NCBI RefSeq assembly: GCF_031769215.1 | Contig: NW_026781915.1 | Location: forward strand, 3,472,001-3,536,000 | DNA length: 64,000 nucleotides | Direction: 5' to 3' | From: Ylistrum balloti | Taxonomy: Eukaryota | Shown here: positions 24,201-35,708 of the stretch, in pieces | Layout of the letters: each line of letters begins with the position of its first letter | Numbering within the stretch: the stretch's first letter is position 1 | The notes under the pieces: model-generated | What the model saw: only the letters and a program-made list of their open reading frames with translations | Database searches by the model: none | Told to the model about the DNA's origin: nothing | Made by a program: the position numbers and the translations under genes

Positions 24201-27200
24201 GATCTGAAGCCACCTGTGACTTGGACTCTTCCAATTAACCTCTCGCGACAGTCGAGTGTTTGTAAAATGCCGATGTCTGCACAGTATTTTTTCACCTGGC
24301 TCCACCCACAATCGATCTAGACTTGGCTCTGCCAATCAGAGAGCTTGTTGCATAAATTTAAGGAATTCGATTGGTGAAGTACTTCAGTACAATACTATCA
24401 ATACTTTGTTCAGTAATACAGTACTTGAAACGTTCACACCTTCCCTTCATCGGTAGTAATACAACCATCAATATACAGTCCAGAGTTAAAAGAAAGGTTG
24501 ATAAATGTAGGTCATGCAGTATACTTTTCCTTCTACAACAGGTATCTAGTATCAGATTGAAGGAAAAACATTATAAAATATTGCTTTATCAGATCATAAT
24601 TTTAATATTACTTAATCAACTATTAGAAACAAAGCATAACCAAAGACATTGCTGAGGAATACTTGCTCTGGAAAAGTTTGAGAAAGAAGGTAAAAGAAAG
24701 ACAGACATTACACTTGCGTAGAAGGTTGACTACACCTAGCCCATAAAAAGCTACGTAAAACCTACTTCACTAAACTGTTGTTTATCAAAGAAGTCATCAA
24801 AAAGACTTGTATCATCAAACTGAAATATAAAATACAAAAGGTGATACAACTTGAAACAATGCATTTATTAAGTTTAAAGATAAAGGATTAAAAGCAAAAT
24901 ATCTTTGTACCAGACAGACAAAGGTGACGTTAAGCAACAAAGGGACGCCAAAGTCACACCATACAGGCAAAGCTAAAGCCCTGTAGAGCAATAAGTAAAG
25001 ACAGACCAAGCAGCTGGCAGAATACAGATGGTCAGACCAGACATGTGAAACACACCAAAACATTCAATTCAACCCAACAGGCAAAGCTGCAATTCAAAAT
25101 TATACATGATCGTTATATTATCATTGATTATAGCCCACAAGAGTAAGTTTCTTATGACTTATAAATAATTTTGTGATAGCAAATCTTTGTATTTAAAGGC
25201 ACCTAAACCCTAAAGCATTAAATTTTCTAAGATGTATCTCTTTCACTCAGAGATTTTCTACAACTATCTTCCACAAAACTTCTGTCTATAGCTAAAGCAC
25301 TCTTATGAATATAGGAATTTCTACTTTTTTTGTTTTGTTTTTTAAAGACTTAATGTTCTCTGGAAACTTACCAACAGCTGACTTGTCATCATGTGGGATT
25401 GTAATCTACAAAACTCAAATTTATGTAAGCAAGCAAAAATTATGGAAAGCAAAATTAGTTCAAGTGAAAGGGATATGTACCAGCTTCTGACATTCAAAAA
25501 GCATAACTTGTATGTTCCTTTGTGAAGCCCTATCTAACAAAGGCATCAGATGTCTATCACTTACACCAATAGAATAATAATCCAAATTTGAGCATCAGAA
25601 AGATCACCAATCTGTGTAAATTACAGTGACCTATTTCACAACAAAATTAAATACTCTTTTGAAAATTCCAAATGTACATAAAGATTAATGAAAAAATCTA
25701 ACAAAGCTACCATCCAAGTCCATTATAAATGTCAGAATCTGATGTGAAAAGTTTGGAAATAATGTTAAGTGATTAAACACAGTGCTTTACAGGCATACAG
25801 GTAAATACATAGATGAAGGAGTGAAGCATTAGTAAGCTATAAATCTACAAGTCCACATATGTCGACGAGTGACGTCAATACACACCCACACTATACTGCT
25901 GAGAATTAAGACCATCATGCTCTGCCGTGATTTCTTGTTAGGATGCAGTTAGTAACAGCCAAAACAACCAACAACAGCTATTCTCATTTATTTTCATACT
26001 CACTCCAGTACTATTCCGCTTTTTCTTGGAATTTTTCCTAGAATTTCCACTTTTGAAATTGAAAGTGTCATTCAAACAATTATCAAACACTGCAAAAGGA
26101 TCATCTTTTGAGTCCAGATATTTGTCCCTGTTGTTATTTGTATTTTGTTGACTAGACATGAAAGGATCATTGGAATTAAAATCATCTATACTGAGAGAAC
26201 TTGGAAATCCATCAAATGATGAAGATGAAAATACATCCGTTTCTGCAAAAGGGTCCGAGTTGAGGAAGGGATCCTCAATCACAAATCTGTCCACCACAGG
26301 CACATTTTTTATCACATTGTCAGAGCTTGTTGATCCATTTCCATGAGATTCTTTATCCACATTATTTTTGGCAATATGAGATTCTTGTCCATTTGAATCT
26401 TTTGTGGAAATAGTTTTGTTTCGAGGTGGCAGTGGTGGGGAGTTGTTCACACTGTTGACCTTTGGCCTTGGCCGAGGTCGCGGCACTGGAGTATGTTGTA
26501 GGTTTGACACTGAATTACGAGGAGGCAGTCTGGGGGGAGAGTCAGGCTGTGGAAGAGTGGAGTGAGTGGAATTTGCAGCTGGGCTGCCACTGGGTCGGGG
26601 TGGTGGAGCAGGGGGAATAATCTGAGGCATGTCACGAGGTGTTGCCATTGAAGGTAAAGGGGGTGGTGGCCCTTCCGGTGATGGAAGGTTAAAGTCATCA
26701 TTTTCTGAAAAAGCCAAATCTTTAAATTTAGACTTGGAAGAACATGGCACATTGTGGAAGGATTCTGGCTTGGATTGACTGGAAATAGCAGGCTTGATAT
26801 GTGATGTATCGAAAGGATCGGAAGTTTTTGTTTGAAATGGGGAGGAAAAGTTTACCACTGCAGGAAGGGATGCATTGTCTACAGACCCAAATGGGTCACT
26901 GTCACTTGCCTGTGGCCCCTTTGGCACTTGTTCAGTTCTTAACTGGTTGATACTTTTCTTTGGCTGAGCACTCAACTCTGCAAACAAGCCTTTTGGGCTG
27001 AGGGCTGTTTTATCCTTGGTCCCTAATTCACAGAGGTCACTGAAGGCATCACCTGTACCAGCTTTGTTCTCCACTTGGGGTGCCTCCTCCACTGTCAACT
27101 TGACAGGGGCCAGCAGTGGTTCATCAAACAAAGCCCCACCTGCAGTGTTTCCATTAGAGAAGTTGGCAAACCCTCCTGTAGGTGCTGCATTGGCAAATGG

Positions 27201-30200
27201 ATCCTCACCAAATGGGTTAATGGCAGGGGCAGGAGCAGCAGAAGGCCTCTGAGGAACTGGTGGTGGAGGTGAGAACTGCAATGACAGAGTACATGACTGC
27301 AAGTGTGTTACAGAGAATTAAACCTAAAATAAGTCAATAATAATACATCTGGGTTTCTTTTTTTTCAACAGTATTCTGAAGAGAGTTTACAATTATATGG
27401 TTATATCAATGGTAAACTACAATGTGCAAGATCTTGGACTGAGTATCCTTGCAAAGCAAAAAAAACAAACAGGGAGAGTTTACAGGTAGTTTTAACACAT
27501 TAAAATGTTGACAGAGTTAGATCTATAAGAGATATCACACAGTAAACATCAAACTGACAGGAAAACATTTACAAGAAGTGAAATCAATGCAGATGTCACA
27601 CTGTGTACATCACACTGACAGAAAAATATTTACAAGGAGTGAAATCAATGCAGATGTCACACTGTGTACATCACACTGACAGAAAAATATTTAAAGTGTA
27701 CAGGGAGCTCTATCAATGTAGATGTCACACAGTAAACATCAGACAGACAGGAAAATACTTACAGGGAGTTAAATCAATCTAGATATCACACAGTAAACAT
27801 TAGACAGACAGGAAAATATTTACAGGGAGTTAAATCAATCTAGATATCACACAGTAAACATCAGACAGACAGGAAAATATTTACAGGGAGTTAGATCAAT
27901 GTAGATGACAGTAAACATCAGACAGACAGGAAAATACTTACAGGGATCTCTATCAATTTTGATATCACACAGTAAACATCAGACAGACAGGAAAATATTT
28001 ACAGGGAGTTAGATCAATGTAGATGACACACAGTAAACATCAGACAGACAGGAAAATATTTACAGGGAGCTCTATCAATGTAGATGTCACACAGTAAACA
28101 TCAGACAGACAGGAAAATATTTACAGGGATCTCTATCAATGTAGATGACACACAGTAAACATCAGACAGACAGGAAAATATTTACAGGGATCTCTATCAA
28201 TGTAGATGACACACAGTCAACATCAGACAGACAGGCAAATATTTACAGCGAGTTAGATCAATGTAGATGACACACAGTAAACATCAGACAGACAGGAAAA
28301 TACTTACAGGGATCTCTATCAATTTTGATATCACACAGTAAACATCAGACAGACAGGAAAATATTTACAGGGATCTCTATCAATGTAGATGACACACAGT
28401 AAACATCAGACAGACAGGCAAATACTTACAGCGAGTTAGATCAATGTAGATGACACACAGTAAACATCAGAAAGACAGGAAAATACTTACAGGGATCTCT
28501 ATCAATTTTGATATCACACAGTAAACATCAGACAGACAGGCAAATACTTACAGCAAGTTAGATCAATGTAGATGACACACAGTAAACATCAGACAGACAG
28601 GAAAATATTTACAGGGAGCTCTATCAATTTAGATATAACACAGGACACAACAGGCTAGACAAAATGTCATGCTAAAACAGCAAAATGTTACCTCTTCTGC
28701 ATTTCTATCAACAATTGTGACAGTTGAGTTTTCCTAATAAATACAGTGTAAAACAAAGCTGATTGTAGACATGAGTTTCCACATGATGTCATGACTAATA
28801 ACTTGTTGCATCGAAGAACTTGAATTATTTCATGCTATTTTACCAAATATCTTCAAGAGAAAATAACTTGGGCAGTCACAGGTTTATAAATTACCATTAT
28901 CCAATTACCTGAGGTGTTCCAAATGCAGGAGGCCCTCCAAATGGGTTTGGCATGCCTGGTTGAGGTGGAACTCCAGCCACAGGAGCTCCAGGAAAAGCTG
29001 CAGGCTGCAAACCTGTGGACACTCCAAATGCTTGGGGTACTGGTGACACTGAGGGTCCAAATCCTCCAGGCATTTGCGGATTTTGAGGAGGAAACCCTCC
29101 AGGTATTTGTGGGTTTTGAGGAGGAAACCCTCCAGGTATTTGCGGGTTTTGAGGAGGAAACCCTCCTGGCATCTGTGAGTTCTGGGGTCCAAAAAGATTC
29201 ATGATGTCATCTTTGCCTTTAATGACTGGCTGTGTCCCAAACAGGTCAATATCTTGGAGATCTGACTGACCACTCTGGGCAGAACCATTGGTGGTTGATC
29301 CAAAATCATTATCAAACAAGGAATTATCAGCAGACTTTTGATCAGCTTGAGAGGTTGAACCAGTTCCCCAGGGATCACTACCTGTACTTGCTGCTGGTGA
29401 AACAGCAGATGGAGTTCCTGCTGCTAGGGCGTCAAAGTCAGTCTCAAACTTGTTCATCTGCTCTATACCCTATAAACGTATAAACACAGTTTCATTTCAG
29501 TAATAATTACCATAACTTTAGTATGCAAATATGGTACCTACACCAATCTTTGTATCCCAAAAACAAAAGATTCAAAAATCCTGCCCTCCCTACCATCCAT
29601 GAGCCTTCACTGCAGGAACATAGAGTGATCTCCCTTCCTCTTTCCTTTACGGCTCCCGGAGCGGGCGGACGTGCTACTCTGAGCTGAGTGCTTTCCTTTT
29701 TATTTGTAGTATTATCTTCCTTGTAGCTGAGTAATTTATTACTCGGTTTTGCTTAAACCCATCTCCCTACTTAACAGTCTATTGCAGACGTTATTTTTGG
29801 CTTATTTCCGGCTTTAATTCGGCTCTATAAATGTATAATTTCCTGCTTTAATTCGGCTCTATAAATGTATAATTTCCTGCTTTAATTCGGCTCTATAAAT
29901 GTATAAACACAATATTGACATTGATGTCTCCAACAGTGGTATAAGGACACTTAGAATCACTACACAACCAATTCTACAGACCTGTCCAATTGTCTCCAGT
30001 TCTGTCTCCAACTCCACTAGGCTATTTCCTGACTTGTCAATCTTGACCTCACCATTGTTCGATGGCACCTGTAACAGAACATACCAAGTAATCAATTAAC
30101 TATGCTGCATCTATATATCTATATATATAATTAGTGTTCTAGATGATCTGTTCCAGATCTAAAAGCAAAAACCTGTTCTAGAATCAATAATATTATAGTA

Positions 30201-33200
30201 CATATAGAAGTATATATCACACCCAAGCACTACTAAATGCACCTGTAAAACATTAATGTGCCTGACCTTGTACAATATGGCCCTAAAATGTACTACATTG
30301 TTCACTTGTACAGGCAGTATCCATCTATCCTACTTCTGAGAGTATATACCAGTTCTAATTCTAAAATATATTGTAAAACACATTTATAACAAACACGCTT
30401 ATGACGACTTTATAGCTATAACGTAGTGTTGTTTATTCCACCCTATCATTTGTATGCAAATTTCCAAACATATAACAGATTTTAAATAGCGAATTAATGT
30501 CTATAACGCAGCAGCTTCTAGATCCGTTCAGGTAAATATCAATGCTAACTTGTGACCATATAACGTAGTGGCTCTTGGACCGTTGTCACGCCACAGTCAT
30601 ATCAGCACTCCAACACATAAAAGCATGTCTCATACATAAGCATATGTATACAACAATTGATACTCGTGTCTAGGTAAGTGCCAAACACAGGTAATTATAA
30701 AGAGTTAATTGTTGTTATACACACAGGTGTTCTGCAGTATTTAGAGTTTGCTGAACTCTTTTTATCAAATGATAAACCAACACATATTAGTTGAGTTGTT
30801 GTTTGGAAATGACTTCATTGTCTCCATCTCGTTATCAGAGAAAGGATTTACTCTTGAAACTAAGTATCAATTATCAACGAAGTTTACAATAGGACCATAC
30901 CAAAAAAGGAAACTGCAGCTAAGTTTGAAATCCTCACATCAACACTTGGTACAATTTTGAAAAATAGCACTGAAATTCTGAAGCAGTATTTGGCCCTATT
31001 GCTGAGCAGGAAACGACAACGGGGAGCTACGTATGAAACTGCTGTCAGGGCTCTATATCATGGGTTTATAGAAAGAAGGAATCTGTTATCTGGGCCCATT
31101 TTATTTCCAAATCTGACAAATTCAGAAAACACACTTGGAGACAATGACTTTAAATTTAACACTGGCTGTTTGGAACATTCTCAAACAAGACATAACATTG
31201 TGTGTCATTCCATATGTGGGGGAAATGCTGCTATTGATGAACACAAACTTTTGTCTTCTTTGTTTTCTAATAATGAAAATAAACTGTTTATCTTGGTCCT
31301 CAGAGATTCATTATTAACGTAAGAGCTTCGTTATAAATGTGTTTTTCTGTATACCTATATCAGTATTATCGATCTGTCTTACTTCTGGTAGTACATACGT
31401 GCCTTAGTAGCAGTGCCTGGTAGTATACATTGGTCCTCATTTCAGTCTAATTTACTAACTTCAGTAGTTAGCACTGTAGTAGTGTACGTATCTAAACCCT
31501 TTGACAACATGTGTATGATCTAGTACTCTACCAACCATCTCAATATGCTGCTAACAACTTTTACCACATATTTCTTTACTTAATTACTCAATGCTGATGT
31601 TTAAATGTAAGTATGTACATGTGAAGATTTTAGTAAATAAAGAACAAATATTCAGCTAGAATTGAAGCGAAGTACATGCAGACCACTGCAAATAATATAC
31701 AATGTCACTGAAGCAGTGGAGCAGATGTAAACTTTCTTATTTAGATGGGAAAAAGAAATGGATATATATATATATATATTTACTTATACAATGTACTTCA
31801 TTGTATGATTATCATAAGTGAATGGGGCAACCACATAAAATAAAAGTAGGTTTATTATAATGAACTATAGATTGCACATGGTCGCCTATTGTGCACAATA
31901 CACCAGTGTTTTTTTGGGGGAAAAAGTCTAAAGAAAATTCCCTCAAAAAGAATATTACTGGAGAATAAATTTTACACTGGCATAGGAACTTGGCTGGGTC
32001 AAATCATTTGTCTGCGGATCAGAAAACAATGTTGTTTTCACACGGTGTGCTCAGAAAAGGTAAGGTGTGAAATCTTCTGAAATTGTTATAGATGTGGGTG
32101 CATGCATGGGCTTATCACCAAGCATCGCTTATTGTTTTCATATTGTAGGTATTGACCTGCAAACAGGACAGGATAGTATATCACTTAGCTGAGGATAACC
32201 GATATGTTAGTAAGTATTAGCAAGGTCAGCTGGATTATTTCTTACATGACTGCAGTTAAGTTTTATTAATAAGGACCATGGAATGTTATGAATATAAATT
32301 TATCATCATTTTACAATACATCAAACAGTAAATTTCCTTTGTATCAAAGGTGCAAAAGAAGGATTTTAAAAACTTAAATATCCCCAATTGGGCCCATCCC
32401 TCCTGTCCCTGAGGGCCAGAATCCACTGTTTATACAAAAATGATTGCCCTTCATCCAAGAATACTTCAGACTGAACTTGGGCAGTATCCATTCATTCCTA
32501 CAAGAGGAGTGATATTTTAAAGAATATATTCTATTTCCCCTATCGGGTCCTGCCCATCCCATCTTACGGGCAGAGGCCTTATGTATTTACAAGATTGGTT
32601 CCCTCTTTCCCCTAGGATGCTTCAGACCAAATTGTACAAAATTCATTCATTCTTACAGGAGGATAGGATTTTAAAGAATTTATTCTATTTCCGTATTGGG
32701 TCCAGCCCCTAGGGGCCGAGACCTTATGACTATACAGGATTGATTCCCCCTCACCAAAGATTGCTTCAGACCAAATCTGAGCAAAATCCGTTCATTCCTA
32801 AAGCAGGAGTAGGATTTTAAAAAACCTTCAAAATTTCAAATTTTGGGACCAGCCTCTGGGGCCAATAGCCAATATTTTATAAACTTGGTTCCTGTTTCCC
32901 AAAAGATGCTTCTGACCAAATTTTGTCAAAATCTGTTCAGTTGTCCATGACTAGTATCAATTTTTAGTAAAAAGTTGACAGATGCTGAACACAGGACACT
33001 GGACAGACAATTGACACTGCACCATATCTTAAGCTCACCTAGTCCAAAAAAGAACATTTTCAAAAAAGAAATATTTGTGAGCTTGTTGGTACAAATATAG
33101 GAAAGATCTGTCACAGTTGTCCATAAGATATATCAAGGCGTTTTAACCCAGTAAATTAGGTGTTTGATGATATATTTACTATGACAAGGAGGAAGGATTT

Positions 33201-35676
33201 AGTTATAACACTATCCAACAGACTTGCAAATAAACAACAATAAGAAAGCATTAGCTGGCTAATAGTAGTCAGAAGCACAAGAACTACACACACCAAGAGC
33301 ACAGTGTTGAGAACTTACGGCATAAATGTGTTCTGGACTATCCTCTATGGGTGCTCCATTGGTTGGCACCTGGTTGCATGCACATCATTAGTTGAATACT
33401 TATTTATAAAATTGAATATCTATACTACAATCATCAATTAGATTTGAGTTCATAATTAAGTCATTCCTTTACTAGCATCATATATTTTTAGCAACATTCT
33501 GGATACATGCAGGTTGGTACCAGAAATTTCTCTTTGCCCCAAATAATTTGATGACATTGGACAGAAATGCAGTAACAATTGGTGTGTTGTTATTACATTT
33601 TAATCATAGAAACATTTAAGAGAGGTGGTAAATGTTATAAAGGATGTATAAATTAATAAATAGCCTGCATCTTAATGGTATTTAACTTGGCTACCTATAG
33701 TCCCATCAGGTGTAGAACTTTTAAAGCATTCATCAACAAGTCTGAACATAAATTTCATTCATTTTTGATGCCAATCTGGAGACTTCATCATAATCAAACA
33801 TGACATCTACTTGCCAGAACTGTATAGATTTGTACTTTAATACACCGCTGGAAGAGTAATTGGATTGTCTTTAGGGACCATCTTAAACATTACTTTTTCC
33901 TTAAAGTTTTATAGACAGGAATGCATATAATTAAGTATCCATTCAAGTTTTTGAAGATCTTCTCAATCTAAAGCTCCAACAAAATTAGGTCTTCACCATT
34001 AAAAGGGACAAAAGTATTCCATTTTTTATTCTTTTTCTGATTTGTTCACCCATTATGAAAATATTTGGAGCTGTAGATTTGACCTTAATCTGTAAAACAG
34101 TCATTGAAACTTTCTGAGGACTGAATCAATTTTCTCTCCCCCATTTCCATAGGCCCTTACCTGGTATACTGGCTCGTCATCCGTAGAAGATTCTGCACCA
34201 AGTTCTCCTCCAAGCTTGATAACTGTGAAAAAATACTGTCATTATTCTTTTTTCTTAAGCCATCATAAAACAATTCCAAATCATTAATACATTTCTCCTA
34301 CATCAGATCTAGAATTACAATAACATTTTCTCACAAAATTCATAGGGCGATTCATTTTTCCTAAGGAAAGGATATTTACAACCTATGCAGGGTACTTAAA
34401 AGATAGTTTTCACATGATATATGCCAAAAACAACAGGGTCATATCATCATTTGATGCAACCTAACCATGTCACAATCGGATAAATCAATAATATCAACAC
34501 ATATTTATCTGACCATTGATGATGGCACAATGTACCAATATGGAGTTCACAAAAGCAACTTCAATCTTTAACTTAGATTTGAATTGGTATTTGGTCACAA
34601 GCTAGACTCCTTATGTTTTTTCTGGATGTAATTTTTTCATAGTAATCTATTTGCAGAATATATACGAGGTTTATTTTTATCTTCTTCTAATTTACTTAAA
34701 CCCTTTATAGGAATATTTTAGATGAATAAAAGACACCTAACTAGTATAAAAAAAATCCTCTGTAAACAGGAAAACAAAATCCTTAGTAGGAGCATTTTGT
34801 TCCTGCTTCATTCTCTAAGATTTTAAACAAAATATTTGTAATGTGAACAAGATTTACATATAAAAGGTGAATTCCTCTAAAAATCCTTTAATGTTTCCTA
34901 TATCAAATTATCTGGACTAGGGATACCAAGGCCAGACATCAAATAGAAAACAAGCAGGTCAGTCAGTCAACATAAACCAAGAGAAAGAGATGATGATTGT
35001 ACTAGTATTGACCAAGTTTCCTTATCCTTCAGGCATGAAAGCATGGACAGAAAGACAGACAAACTGACAAACAGACAGACAGAGTGGCAAATATACATGC
35101 TCCCCCTAAAATGTTTGGGGAGCATAAAAATCTGGAAACACAAAATATTTTTTAAAATGCTCATTATGATCTATGAATTCTTAGTAATAACTTTAAGTTG
35201 GCCTTATAACTTCAGAATATACCATTGGGATCATCTGCTGGTTTGGTGTCAATCTTAGTCTGTTCTTCTTCTTCCTCTGCCTTCTGTTTGGCCTCCTCCA
35301 TTTCTTTTTTCTTTTTTTCATAGACAACTTGGAAAAGGTCCCTGAGAGTTAGAACCAAGGCTTCAGCCTAAAAATGAAATGCCAGTTACAGCAAAAAGAT
35401 AACAGGAAAAGAGACTGTGCCTAACATACATGTTATTCATAGCAACACAGCCTCTGCCTAACAACAATGCATAGCACTTCTACAGTAACAGGCCCTACAT
35501 TTGGACATGCGCCAGATTAAAACGGTCTTCAAAGGGATACTCTAGAGAGCTGCTTATTATAACAATCAATTAAAGCCTCAAATGATGTGAACATAGGAAA
35601 AGGGTGATATCAATTTACAACAACCCTCTAAACTTCACTGCACAGGAATAACGAATTTTGATGCCAGGACATAAAG

Positions 35677-35708
<32 letters not shown>

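Noticed and set aside
26158-29483. Plus-strand and alternative-frame ORFs overlapping the two large Dab exons
   Set aside because: They are shadows of Pro/Gly-rich coding DNA with no independent motifs or splice support.
30748-31322. ORFs 30748-30960 and 30957-31322 (+), and a minus-strand NPF-containing stretch near 30850 as an extra Dab exon
   Set aside because: There is no recognisable domain. Minus frames contain stops, and no acceptor/donor pair matches the phase-0 neighbours.
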